Shown: positions 1-10,700 of the stretch, one piece after another
Numbering within the stretch: position 1 is the stretch's first letter
Layout: the number at the start of each line of letters is the position of its first letter
IMG/VR virus record: IMGVR_UViG_3300044642_000138
Coordinates: 1 to 24,275 of that record
Source of the DNA: a virus
Taxonomy: Duplodnaviria; Caudoviricetes
Reading direction: 5' to 3' (one strand)
Length of the DNA: 24,275 nucleotides
Program-made: the position numbers and the translations under genes
The notes under the pieces: generated by a model
Databases searched by the model: none
What the model was told of the DNA's origin: nothing
The model's input: the letters and a program-made list of their open reading frames with translations, nothing else

Positions 1-16
1 AAGATAGAGGTTGATT

Positions 17-562
17 ATGGCTCCGAAGAAGATTGTTAAGCGAATTAAGCGTTCACTTCCACCACGAAATAAGGATGGCTTTGACCCACGACTTGTTGCG
101 CTCGGCGCAATTGGCGGCGCTGCTGCGGGGGCTGCTCGCGGTCGCGCTGCTGGGCGACGTTCGGCGCTCAACGATATTTCAATGAGTGGTCGCTACCCAA
201 CTACAGATGATATTCGTCGCTCCAAGGATGTTCCTAGTGGAGAGGATAACTGGGGAAGCACTCGCTACAAGCAAGTTCCTGATAAATTTGGAACTGGGGT
301 AATGAGTGCTGGCTATAGGACTAGGTTGGGTCGCAATAGCCAAGCATCGGAATGGCTCTCAGAAAATATGGCAACAGAAGGAAAAAAGGAATATAAGTCC
401 GACCGAAAGGTCAGCAAGTTTGTTGCAAGGACTATCGGCAAGGCAACTGTTTCTGCTCGCGGCAAGCAGGGTGCCAAGCGAGGCGCTGTAAAGGGCGCGA
501 TTGGCGGCGCTGCACTTGCAGCCCTTGTTCAGTTGGTAGCAAAGGAACTTAACAAGAAGTAA
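17..562 (+). CDS. Basic hypothetical protein with two glycine-zipper-like segments
   Basis: GAGG at 7-10 precedes ATG at 17. K/R-rich, with GAIGGAA near both the N- and C-terminus. Confidence 0.75.
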   Translation: MAPKKIVKRIKRSLPPRNKDGFDPRLVALGAIGGAAAGAARGRAAGRRSALNDISMSGRYPTTDDIRRSKDVPSGEDNWGSTRYKQVPDKFGTGVMSAGYRTRLGRNSQASEWLSENMATEGKKEYKSDRKVSKFVARTIGKATVSARGKQGAKRGAVKGAIGGAALAALVQLVAKELNKK

Positions 563-578
563 TCCCTGGGAGGGGAAT

Positions 579-1019
579 ATGACAAAGAGGGAACTGGCTC
601 AGGCGTATATCGCCAAAGCCCTCCCCTTGCTTAACCTTAAGCAATGGGATGTAAAGGTTTCAGAGTCTTTGCCGCCAGACGATTCGTACGCAGACATTGA
701 GGTTTCTGAGAACCTCTGGTCTGCGACGATTCGTCTTTCGGAGGATTTCTGGAAAGAGAAACCAGAGAATCAGCGCCGTATTATTGCGCATGAACTTATT
801 CATGTACACTATGCTGGCGTTGAACGGTTGCTGAATACCATTCAGACATCGGTTGGCAGTATGGTCTTTGACGTGCTAAACCACGTCTGGGATACGGAGA
901 CAGAGCGTGGGGCTGACTCGTTGTCTACTCCTTTGGCAAAGGTATTGCCGCTCCCTGATTTCAAGGAGGTTCAAGATGGCGGGCAAGAAGCCAGCAAAAC
1001 TCGCAAGCGCAAAGCCTAA
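579..1019 (+). CDS. HExxH zinc-metallopeptidase-like protein
   Basis: GGAGG before ATG 579. Motif RRIIAHELIHVH with downstream ETERGAD, which could supply a third Glu ligand. Confidence 0.65.
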   Translation: MTKRELAQAYIAKALPLLNLKQWDVKVSESLPPDDSYADIEVSENLWSATIRLSEDFWKEKPENQRRIIAHELIHVHYAGVERLLNTIQTSVGSMVFDVLNHVWDTETERGADSLSTPLAKVLPLPDFKEVQDGGQEASKTRKRKA

Positions 1020-1164
1020 CCAGACGTTCTGGACACCAAAGCCCTGCGGTGGGTGCGGCAAACTGATTGAGACAATGAAGGAAGCCAACCGACTACTAGT
1101 CAAGGACTTCGTCGGCGCTAAGGCTAATACCCGATTCCTATGGAGGCACAAACTCTGTGTCTAG
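976..1164 (+). CDS. Small zinc-finger-like protein (62 aa)
   Basis: AGGAGGT at 964-970 before ATG 976, which I prefer over the 907 start in the ORF track. CGGC ... HKLC is a CxxC...HxxC pattern. Confidence 0.7.
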   Translation: MAGKKPAKLASAKPNQTFWTPKPCGGCGKLIETMKEANRLLVKDFVGAKANTRFLWRHKLCV

Positions 1165-1453
1165 TCCAGCGTGGTCCCGTAAAGAAGGAAAGAACCCAGC
1201 AGGCGGGCTGAACGCCAAGGGTCGTGCGTCTTATAAGGGCGGCACGCTCAAGGCTCCAGTTAAGAGCGGGGATAACCCGCGCCGTGCGTCGTTCCTTGCC
1301 CGAATGGGTGGAATGCCTGGAGCAGAGTACGATGCTAACGGCAAGCCTACCCGCCTACTCCTGAGCCTACGGGTATGGGGTGCAAGCAGCAAGGCTGACG
1401 CAAAGCGGAAGGCTGCAGCAATCAGCGCCCGTAACAAAGCCAAGCGTGTCTAG
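1157..1453 (+). CDS. Conserved small basic phage protein, DUF6321-like
   Basis: AWSRKEGKNPAGGLNAKGRASY and RRASFLARM resemble the family motif as I recall it. GTG start overlaps the upstream stop, with GGAGG at 1142-1146. Confidence 0.7.
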   Translation: MSSPAWSRKEGKNPAGGLNAKGRASYKGGTLKAPVKSGDNPRRASFLARMGGMPGAEYDANGKPTRLLLSLRVWGASSKADAKRKAAAISARNKAKRV

Positions 1454-2930
1454 TCTCCTAGAAGACCTAAAGGCTGGTAGGGAAGATCCAGTTTTCTTTG
1501 CCGAGAGATTCCTCGGAATCATAATGAACCCTGGGCAGCAACGGTGGGCGCGTTCTTGTGTAGAACGGGCTGAGAATGGCTGGTCTCCCAAGTTCCTCAC
1601 CACGGTAGTAAGCGCGGGCAATCGCGCTGGCAAGACTATTGCTATGGCTCTCGTCATCTTCCACTCCGCGTTCTATAAACTTGGGGTCAAGCCACCACTT
1701 GCTGGAGATTCGGACGACGCACTGCGCTGGATCAAGGAGCCGTACGAGTGGTATCACATCGGCATCCAACAGGAAACCGCCGAACTTGTGTTTCGCGAGT
1801 TGACCATGATCTCGCAGGGTATTCACCCAGCGCAGAAAGGGCGGAAGGCTCCACTTTTTATGGAGTTGGGACAGATCGCGACCTTCAACAAGAAGTATCG
1901 CGGCGAGTACCTCTGGTTCCAGTTCAACAAGGCGGTCGGCGGTGCGAGCATCCACTTTCGTACGACGCAAGACAAGGCGAAAGCCCTCCTCGGTAAAGAT
2001 ATGAACGGCATCTCGTTTGACGAAGCGGCGTTTGATTCCCATCTCATGACCGTTTATCAAGAGGTCTTGAACCTTCGCCGCCTTTCTACTGGCGGACAAC
2101 TTCACTTTATCTCTACCCCTACGGAGGGCATCAACGATTACGCGGATCTTTGGGAACTTGGTAATCCTGAGAATAGCGAGCGGGATTCCCAGTTTATCTC
2201 GTTCCGAATGTCTACTAGGGATAACATTGGCTACGGGCTTACTCAAGAGAACTTTGATTCCATTGTCCGACAGCAGGTTGCCTACCTTGTTCCACAGAAC
2301 ATTGACGGGTACTTTATTGAGGCTAGGGAAGCGTACTTCAATGCTCCTCAGGTGGAGAAGGTATTTGACGATACAATGCCTGACGAGCAGGAGCCAGTGG
2401 CTAAGAGGCGGTACGTTCAGGGGTGCGACCCAGCCATTGCTTCGGACTCCACTTGGGCGATTATCCTTGACTTTACAGACAAGAAGAGCATGCAAGGCGT
2501 GCGTTGCCGCAAGAAATCTGGTCGTCAAACCGTTACCTCCTTAGTAAATATGCTACGAGAGAGCCATCTGTTGTATAATCAGGGAAGTCATTGTACCACT
2601 ATCATTGATAATACAGGATTTGGTGGTAAGATGTTTGCTCAGGAGTTGAGTATAATCAAACCGTTAAGACAGGTAGACTTTGCAGGTACTAAATCTAAGA
2701 AGTTAGAAATCCTGTCTGACCTTAAGACTATTATAGATAAAGAAATGATCAAGTTCCCTAAGTCGGGGATCTGGCTTGAACTACGAAGGCAACTTCTGGG
2801 GTATAAGTTAGAGGATCGGAATCTAGAAACTGACGCGGTAATGGCTCTGGCAGTAGCGGTGCGACATGCAATGCGATCTGCTGGAGAGACAGTAGCCGAG
2901 GCTAAGTTCAACTACTTTGGGGAGATGTAA
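1446..2930 (+). CDS. terL: Terminase large subunit
   Basis: Walker A AGNRAGKT, Walker B ISFDEAAF, motif C ISTP, nuclease acidic motifs GCDPA and DAVMALA. N-terminal DPVFFAERFLG. Start placed at GTG 1446 overlapping the upstream TAG (ORF track starts at 1380). Confidence 0.95.
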   Translation: MSSLLEDLKAGREDPVFFAERFLGIIMNPGQQRWARSCVERAENGWSPKFLTTVVSAGNRAGKTIAMALVIFHSAFYKLGVKPPLAGDSDDALRWIKEPYEWYHIGIQQETAELVFRELTMISQGIHPAQKGRKAPLFMELGQIATFNKKYRGEYLWFQFNKAVGGASIHFRTTQDKAKALLGKDMNGISFDEAAFDSHLMTVYQEVLNLRRLSTGGQLHFISTPTEGINDYADLWELGNPENSERDSQFISFRMSTRDNIGYGLTQENFDSIVRQQVAYLVPQNIDGYFIEAREAYFNAPQVEKVFDDTMPDEQEPVAKRRYVQGCDPAIASDSTWAIILDFTDKKSMQGVRCRKKSGRQTVTSLVNMLRESHLLYNQGSHCTTIIDNTGFGGKMFAQELSIIKPLRQVDFAGTKSKKLEILSDLKTIIDKEMIKFPKSGIWLELRRQLLGYKLEDRNLETDAVMALAVAVRHAMRSAGETVAEAKFNYFGEM

Positions 2931-4921
2931 TGGCAAAGAACATTCCAAGTCTGCAGACAAACGACCCACAGGTAATTGACATTGCCCAGCGCGGTAATGC
3001 GCTCGTCTCTAAGATTGCAGGCGGGGGCAGGAAGAACCTTAACAGCCCAGTTCTTTCTGAAGAGAACAAGCGAATCCTCAAGTATGCCAAGACCTCTAAC
3101 GATGAGAACGCCGTTGCTAAACTTCAGCAGATGCTTGAGCGCAAGGGTTCAGTAGAGCCAGAGAACGCCCGACGACGACAACTGTTCCGCCGCTTTGATA
3201 ATCTGTTCCACGCGAGGACGATCACGGCTGGCGGAGCAGACCATTGGGCTGAAGATCCGTCGGCTCGCATGGCTGGGCGAACGCACGTTTCGGTCAACGT
3301 TCACCCTGCTTATGTTTCAATTCCAGCGTCGCTACAGGCAGTACGACCAGTAATCAACTATCTCCCAGATGGTCCGACGCGAGATGACCGCAAGGAGGCT
3401 CAGGCTCGTGAGCGACTATTCCTCCGATGGTGGGAAGAGGCTGATCTGGATATCATTATGGAAGATGCCGCTCTGTACAAGTCGCTATACGGTGATACTG
3501 CCGCCAAGATTGAATGGAATGAAAACGATGGTATTCCAAAGGTCAGCGTAGTTTCTTCACCAGAGAACCTATACCTCGGTTACGGTGCATCCGACTACAC
3601 TAAGATTGACTGGGCGTTGTACCATTACGGACTTTCTCCGCAGGCTGTGCAGGATGAGTTTGGTCTTGACGTTATCCCAATGAAAGATGGAAACGAATAC
3701 TTCCCATATGTAAACTCCAGCGATCATCTTGACCCGCTGATGCAGGCGTGGGCTGCTTCTGCTGAGCGCATGGTTGACCGACGAGATACGGCTTACGAGC
3801 GCATGCAGATCTCAGTCTTTGACTACTGGTACAAGGTCCCAGTAAACGATAAGGAAGATCGTGTCTACAACTGCGTCTTTGTTGGCAACAAACTTGTTAG
3901 CGAAACCGAGCACCCAGAACTTGACGGCAAACTACCATACCTTCCACTTGTCAACTCTCGCATTCCTGGGTCGCCATACGGCAAGCCAGAACTCTACGAC
4001 GTAGAGCAGTTGCTTCGCGAGAAAGACGAGCGTATTACTCAGGCTGCCCAGTTTATTCAGCAGGTTGTTGGCGGACAGATGTTCCAGTTGATTGGGCAGG
4101 ATGCGCCAGAGGAAGTTCCAGCCAACGCAATTCCAAAGCCAGGTCGTATCGCTGCTCCTGGGGCTGGAAACCGTATTGAACCAATCCAGCCGTTTATTCC
4201 AAACATTCAGATTGAGCAGTACAACCAGCGTATTGACCGCGAACTTGCGGTTGTCTCTGGCTTGAACGACTTGCTACTCGGCGTTGCTCCGTCCTCTGTA
4301 CTTGGATCGTCGCGTGCTATTGCGTCGCTTGTTGCAAACTACGAGCAGCGCATTGCCGCTAAGCGCAAGATCTTCTACAAGTGGATTAAGGAAGTGTGGA
4401 AGGTTGCTGCTAAGATCTGGGAAGAGAAGGATCCTTCAGTTGCTATGATCATCAACGGTCACTACCGTATTGAGATTACGCCACCTGAACTTACCCCACG
4501 AGATACGCTTGAACTCGCAAATACGGCGATCAGTCTTGTGCAGAACCGTATCTGGAGCGCAGAGCGCGCAATGGACCGTGTCGGCGTGGACGATGTGCAG
4601 AACGAGAAGGAAATTATCCGCGACGAGCAGACAGATGCAACGCTTAACCCAGCCGCCGTCTCTACGATGGCAAGCGTGGTCGGTGCGTTTAAGCAACTTG
4701 GTCTTGGCGCACCAGAAGGCATTGGCGATCCTAATGCACCTCTTGACCAAAATCAGGCAATGGCTGCAATGCGCGGTCAGAATCCACCGCCACAGGGAAG
4801 TCAGTCAATGAACGATCAGAACCTCATTCCGCCTGGAGCGGCAGAGGCTCAGCCACAGAATCCAGCCGAGGGTGCTGCCGCTCTAATGGGCGAGCAACTT
4901 GGTCAGCAGCAAGGAGTATAA
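2930..4921 (+). CDS. Portal protein (663 aa)
   Basis: TAATG overlap with terL. Size and motifs SLYGDTAAK, PYLPLVNSRIPGSPYGKP and VSGLNDLLLG fit a portal. Q/P/A-rich C-terminal tail. Confidence 0.88.
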   Translation: MAKNIPSLQTNDPQVIDIAQRGNALVSKIAGGGRKNLNSPVLSEENKRILKYAKTSNDENAVAKLQQMLERKGSVEPENARRRQLFRRFDNLFHARTITAGGADHWAEDPSARMAGRTHVSVNVHPAYVSIPASLQAVRPVINYLPDGPTRDDRKEAQARERLFLRWWEEADLDIIMEDAALYKSLYGDTAAKIEWNENDGIPKVSVVSSPENLYLGYGASDYTKIDWALYHYGLSPQAVQDEFGLDVIPMKDGNEYFPYVNSSDHLDPLMQAWAASAERMVDRRDTAYERMQISVFDYWYKVPVNDKEDRVYNCVFVGNKLVSETEHPELDGKLPYLPLVNSRIPGSPYGKPELYDVEQLLREKDERITQAAQFIQQVVGGQMFQLIGQDAPEEVPANAIPKPGRIAAPGAGNRIEPIQPFIPNIQIEQYNQRIDRELAVVSGLNDLLLGVAPSSVLGSSRAIASLVANYEQRIAAKRKIFYKWIKEVWKVAAKIWEEKDPSVAMIINGHYRIEITPPELTPRDTLELANTAISLVQNRIWSAERAMDRVGVDDVQNEKEIIRDEQTDATLNPAAVSTMASVVGAFKQLGLGAPEGIGDPNAPLDQNQAMAAMRGQNPPPQGSQSMNDQNLIPPGAAEAQPQNPAEGAAALMGEQLGQQQGV

Positions 4922-4924
4922 GAG

Positions 4925-7759
4925 ATGGCAGTAACTGGACAGTTTGGTCGCGCACTTACGGGTAACGGCTCGTTGTCAAGTGCTATCTCAAGCATTGCGT
5001 CAGAGTTCGTTACCCTGCGAACAAATCGCATCTACGACGCGTACATTAATGAGGAAGCCCTAGACGGTACTGTCATTGATGCTCAGACTGCTATTGCCGA
5101 ACTGAAGAAGTTGATGGCTGGAACGACTGAGGATACACGAACTGGTCAGAGTATTGCCGACATGATCCGTGCAGTCCGCAAGGCAAACCGCACGCGAACC
5201 CTCAACAAGTTGGATGCAGACTTGGCTGAGATGGGAGCCGAGAAAGGCGACTATGGAAAGATGGTTACGGCAATTCAGGAAATGCTTCTAGACCCAACGC
5301 TAAACCCAGACGACGAAGCAGAACTACGCAAGGAATTGAGCACTGCTGTCCAGATGCTTTTTGACAACTCAAGGAACCAGTTTAATGCTAGTGGGAAAAT
5401 TACATTCAACGGCAAGACAATTGACTTTGACGGTGGCGCAAACTACGAACAGTTCCTTCAGATCTACGACAGCGTTGCTCGGGCAAACCCAGATATGGCA
5501 GACAAGATCAATCGTCAAAAGTACGAGGCTGAAGTATCAGTTGCCGTTTCTCAGGCAAATGCTATTTGGGCAAGCGTTTCACGAACTACCGATTCTCAGA
5601 AGTTGCAAGGGTATGTTGCCCAGTTGAACATTCTTCGCAAAGCCTATGACAAGTTGAAGGCTCAGGGGCTAGAAGGTGGCGAGGCTGGCGTAGATCTCCT
5701 AGATAATATCCGAACCATTGAGGGTTACGAAGCAAATAGCAAGTCAAACATTGGTCAAGAGTCCAGCAACAAGCGTATCTCTGGTATGGATACCGAGGTC
5801 TACGGCGCTCTCTACGATATTGACGACGCGCTTGCCTTGATGGGCGTTAATACTGGTGAGGGCGGAATTGCAAACTTGCTGCTTACAAATCCTAATGCTG
5901 CCTACAATGCTATTGATATGGCAATTGCCATGAACGGTGGATCAACAAGCATTACGGTAGACGGTAAGGTTGTAGAGATTGACCGCGACACCATCTATGC
6001 TGTTATTGCCGACACCAAGGCTTCTGCCGTCTCTGCAAATAACTGGGCAAAGAATAATCCTAACGTTAGTGCTTCTAACAAGATTGCCATCCGTAACTAC
6101 GTAACAAGTGCCACGGCGCTCTTTAACAACGTTCCAAACCTAAAGGTTGAGGATGCGTACGACAATGCTCGCACTACGCTAGAAACCGCGCTAGAGGCAA
6201 ACCCAGACGATATCAATGCTCGCGTTAATGCGCTTAAGGCATTTGGTAAGGCAATCCGTACGCTGGCTGGAACAACTGGAAACACCGCAGTTAGGACTGC
6301 ACTAACGGCAGAGGCAGACCTGTTTGAAAGTGGCAAGCAGCCAAAGCAAGGTGTCATGGTTTACGGCGAGTGGAGTGGAAACCTTGATGGCGGACCAGGT
6401 GGGGAAAGCGCACTTGCGGTTGGTAGCCAACTTGGAAGGCTCATTAACCCACGCGTTGACTCTGGAGATGTATCTATCTCCGAAGCCATTGCGTTGATCT
6501 ACAGCCAGCAAGGAACATTTAACGCTGGTGGTGGTGAGGTATACATTGACGGCATTACTGGCGAGCGAGTCGCAACTGCTGTGTCGGAAGACGTATCCGC
6601 CTATGACAATAGCCAAGGCATGGGCGGAACGACGATGGTTAGCAATTCCTTTGGTGACGTAACCGTTGATACTCAGCACTCAGCCGTTTATGCTCGTTAC
6701 CGTATTGTTAACTCAACCTTTAGCGGCAATACAACTGACGCTGGTCTAAAGGCTGCAACCGTCGGTTGGATTAGCGTTATTACTGACGATAAGGGCAATC
6801 CTATTGAGGTTGTTCTCTTTAACGCTCCTGGGTCAGGTAATGGCGTTGAGAGGGTTGTCGGGGCAGCAGATGTTGCAACAATTCTTGCAACGATGGGTAT
6901 GAGTATGGGAAATATCCCGTTGCGTCAGGTTGGTAATAATACAGTGGTTGTTGCAAGCGCAGCGTTTGTTGCGGCAATGAACCAATCAAGAAACGGATTT
7001 AATGCGAACACTACTGATATTACTAACGGGGACTCTGACTTCTGGAGTAAACTAGTTACAAATGGTGGCTACACAAGCCCAACGACATTTGCAAATCTAG
7101 AAACTGAAGGATTCTACAAACTTCTTGATGCAGGAAAGATCAAGACCCAGACTGGCGCAAACGGTGAGGTTCTCGTCTTTGTTGCTGGCAAAGGCGTAGG
7201 AGAGAATCAGGTTTGGACAAACATTACTGGCTCTCTTGGTGAAGAACTTCTTGGAGTTATCCGAGAGGCGCAGCAACTTATTGATGCTGGCGCACCACCC
7301 CCAGGCGGAGTTCCAGGGTATGTTCCACCAGAAGGTGGTGGCTCTGCTCCAAACGAGGGTGGTAGTGGTGTTGGCGGCGGCGGCATTCCAGGGGGTCCTG
7401 CTGGTACAAGTAGGGGCGGCTTGAACCTTCGCGAAGCAATTGACGCTGCAAAGGCTCGCCGAGAAGCGGCTGCTGCGGCACGTGCCGCACGGCTTGCACC
7501 AGAAACTGGCGAAGGTCAGATGCGACCGACCAGGGATGGTCTCAAGCGAACCACGACTAAGCCGCCAGTTACCCCAGTAAAGAACCCAACCATTGATGGA
7601 TATTCAGCAATTGAAAAGTCGCGAGAAAATCAAGCAATGCTTGGAACGTTTATGCGCAACATGCCAACTGCCTCCGCAACAACGCCGCAGTCGGCATCAA
7701 CTGGTGCGCAGGGTAAGAAGGTTCAAGGGGTTGAGCGCGTCGCAAGAAAGGCAGTCTAA
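4925..7759 (+). CDS. Large hypothetical virion protein (944 aa), putative internal/ejection protein
   Basis: Long ORF 3 nt after the portal stop. Helical-looking N half, beta/Gly-rich middle, G/P-rich C-terminus. Function inferred from context only. Confidence 0.6.
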   Translation: MAVTGQFGRALTGNGSLSSAISSIASEFVTLRTNRIYDAYINEEALDGTVIDAQTAIAELKKLMAGTTEDTRTGQSIADMIRAVRKANRTRTLNKLDADLAEMGAEKGDYGKMVTAIQEMLLDPTLNPDDEAELRKELSTAVQMLFDNSRNQFNASGKITFNGKTIDFDGGANYEQFLQIYDSVARANPDMADKINRQKYEAEVSVAVSQANAIWASVSRTTDSQKLQGYVAQLNILRKAYDKLKAQGLEGGEAGVDLLDNIRTIEGYEANSKSNIGQESSNKRISGMDTEVYGALYDIDDALALMGVNTGEGGIANLLLTNPNAAYNAIDMAIAMNGGSTSITVDGKVVEIDRDTIYAVIADTKASAVSANNWAKNNPNVSASNKIAIRNYVTSATALFNNVPNLKVEDAYDNARTTLETALEANPDDINARVNALKAFGKAIRTLAGTTGNTAVRTALTAEADLFESGKQPKQGVMVYGEWSGNLDGGPGGESALAVGSQLGRLINPRVDSGDVSISEAIALIYSQQGTFNAGGGEVYIDGITGERVATAVSEDVSAYDNSQGMGGTTMVSNSFGDVTVDTQHSAVYARYRIVNSTFSGNTTDAGLKAATVGWISVITDDKGNPIEVVLFNAPGSGNGVERVVGAADVATILATMGMSMGNIPLRQVGNNTVVVASAAFVAAMNQSRNGFNANTTDITNGDSDFWSKLVTNGGYTSPTTFANLETEGFYKLLDAGKIKTQTGANGEVLVFVAGKGVGENQVWTNITGSLGEELLGVIREAQQLIDAGAPPPGGVPGYVPPEGGGSAPNEGGSGVGGGGIPGGPAGTSRGGLNLREAIDAAKARREAAAAARAARLAPETGEGQMRPTRDGLKRTTTKPPVTPVKNPTIDGYSAIEKSRENQAMLGTFMRNMPTASATTPQSASTGAQGKKVQGVERVARKAV

Positions 7760-10700
7760 GTGGTACAAGGTCCTGGAATTCCAGCACCAGTAGGTGACGA
7801 GTACGTCCCTCAATCAGAACGTCCTGGAGTCTTTAACGTTGATATTGTCGGCAAGGCTCCAGGAGTTGTTGGCGACGGACTAGGTGCAATTGGCGGTGTT
7901 GCTGCTGGTGCGCTTACTGGGCTTGCGGATCTAACGCAGGTTCCATTCCGCATTGCTGCTCAGCCTATCGCAGAAGCACGGCTGGTAAATGCGTTGCGAT
8001 ATGGCGACAATCAAGTTGACCGTAAGTATCTTAACGCTGTTGCTGGTGGGCGTAGTATTTCCGAAGTCGCAGATCAGATGCTTAAGGATGGCGTTGGTCT
8101 CAGCGGTGGCGTTGCCCACGATCTTCTAGCCAACATCTTCTTGGACCCGTTTAACCTTATTATGGCTGGAGTAGGCAAGGGATACAGCGTTGGTCGGCGA
8201 GCCTCAGACATTCAGTCTCGCTACACTGACTCTGCGCATAGTTCTGGCGTAGATGCTGTTGCCCGTGCAGGAGCAAATCAGGCAGACCTTGACTGGCTTA
8301 ACAGCGGACGTGGGAAGCAACTGCTTGGAAAAATGTACACGAGAACATCTCGTGGTCTAAGCGGAGTTACCCGTGGTGCTGCTCAGGCAATGTTCGGCAA
8401 GACTATGCCGTACTACATTGCTGCTATGGGCGGCAACGTTCTGCGCCATATCTTTAACGCCGCAGAAAGGGCTGGTCGCTCTGACGCAATTACCGCCGCT
8501 ATTGGCTCTGCTGCCCACCACGTTACGATGGATGCTGGCGCTGCAATTGTCACACGTCGGATCTACGGAGAGGTTCGTTCTGCTGCCCTGCAGAAGGCAC
8601 AGATTATTGCTCAGTCTGAGGGAGTTGATGACGTTGCTGGGTATGCACGCTTTGAGCGAGCCGTATCGCTGCAGTCTCAGACTTCAGATGTAACTCGTGT
8701 TGAGATTCGTGCGCATTGGGAAATGCTTCATAGGCAGTACACCGATTCTGGAATGAACCGCGCCGCGCTTGCTGACGCGATTGCCAATGATGATACCGCT
8801 GCAATGATTAACCAGAACATCGGAAAGAACCGTGTCGGCGCAGTTGCTGAGGATGCTCGGTCACTGGACGAGATTCAAGTTCAGCGCATCCTTGGTACGC
8901 AGAAAGACTTCTACGTATCCGAGAACGTTACGACTTTGGCAAATGGCGCAAACGATGCTGAGCGCGTACAGATTGCTCGTTACGAATTTGTTGAGAACGT
9001 TTCCCCAGTTCTGGGCAGAAGCGCAGCGGAAGAAGCATGGGCTGCTATCCTCTTGGACATCGGCAAGCCAAAGAATACCGAGTCGCTACTGCGATCTCTT
9101 TCTGAGGCAATGTACGCTTCGCAACAGATTCGCTTCGGTGCAGTTGCAGAGTCGTTTGGTGCAGCGAAGACAAGCCTTCTGCAGCGTATCAATCAGGCTG
9201 GGGAAGCCTTTGCCGCTGGCTTGCCGATTAAGACTCGTGCAATTATTATGGATCAGGTTCCGCGCTTGACCGTTGTAGCGCGAGATACCCTTACTGATGT
9301 TGATGCGAGCACAATTGCTAAGCAACTAGGGGACGAGGCGCTAGACATTTCGGATAAGGCACAGGCTGCTGTCAATGCTGTCTACCAGTTCAGCATCCTT
9401 CGCAAGCGATTCCACGCCCCGACCCTACTCAAGGTAGCCAACGAAGATCCAGATAAGGTGGTGAAGATGGTTGCTAAGGAACTAGAGCAGATCGTCAGCC
9501 AGGGTGCGCTGCTTAAGGAAGTTCCTATTACCAACTGGAAGGGCATTTCTGCTTCACTACCAGAACTCAAGCAGATGAAAGACTCTGCCGAACGTGGTGG
9601 ATACCGACTCGTTCTAGAGCCAGAGACGGCTGCAAGCGTTACGAGCAAGGTGTACTCTGACCAGAAGGTCAAGGACGTATACCGACTTGGCGTTGATATG
9701 TGGGTTCCAATTACTGGCGGTAAGATGGATGTAGCCTTTGGCAACCGCAATACGCTAGGTCGCGCCCTAGACATGCTTATGACCGAGAAGTCAACCGCTG
9801 GAACGTTTGCAAACGTGCTTGTCCGAATGCAGGAATACGCTACGGCAAACAATATCCCATTAAGCCGCGACGAAATCGTTGCACTGCATAAGTCTCTTGT
9901 CAACCGTTCGTTCAAGTCTGGCGAGGCATCAACCTCTATGCGGCAGGAAATCAAGGGAGATATCCGAAACTTTGGCGGGTCTGAGGGTAGTGTTCTTGAT
10001 GAGTTCTACTTTGAACTTCGCAAGAAAGATCCACAGGCAGCACAAAGATTTGCTGAGCAAGTTAAGAATGGCAGCCTCCGACGCATGATCTTCTACGCTG
10101 CGGAGGGCGACTGGAAGAAGGTTGGTGTCAGCACAAAGTTTACAGGATATCTAAAGAACAAGGCAATCGGCGGCGACACGTACACTCTTATCGGCGATAT
10201 GCTTTACCCAATGCTAAAGTTTAAGACCAGCCAAGTCTTCTCTATCCAGGACATTACTGAGTCTAAGTTCTGGAATACTATTCGTGGCTACCAAGACGAA
10301 TGGAATATTGGTAAAGTCAATGACATTGTTCGCTATGGAAACAAGCGTAAGTACAAGGTGCGAGACCCATACACGGGTGAGCCACTAGAACTTGACGCTA
10401 CCGAAATTGTTTCCGAGTCTCTCGTATCTTCGCGGGACGAACTGCGCTACGCCCAGCAGATGGGTTTGCTGCACGCATACTATGGGGCAAACGCTGCTGA
10501 GCAGATCCTAACCTTTGGTCGCGGCAATGAGGGATTTGTGACCGCGCTTAAGGCTGGTCTTGGTCGTGACTATACAGATATTAAAAACCTTGACTATCTG
10601 AAATACGTAGCAGCAGAAGGACTTGACGACCTTGCTGAAAACTTTGCTGGGCGCATGTCTGCAGTACATCCAGTTGCATGGAACCTATTCCTCGGCGCAG

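Noticed and set aside
1467-2528. 353-aa antisense ORF opposite terL
   Set aside because: Fully shadows a clear terminase and has no recognisable motifs. Long antisense frames commonly arise from codon bias.
2976-2999. TTGACA near the portal start as a -35 box
   Set aside because: No -10 element at 16-18 nt spacing. ATTGAC is also enriched as a by-product of TCGA avoidance.
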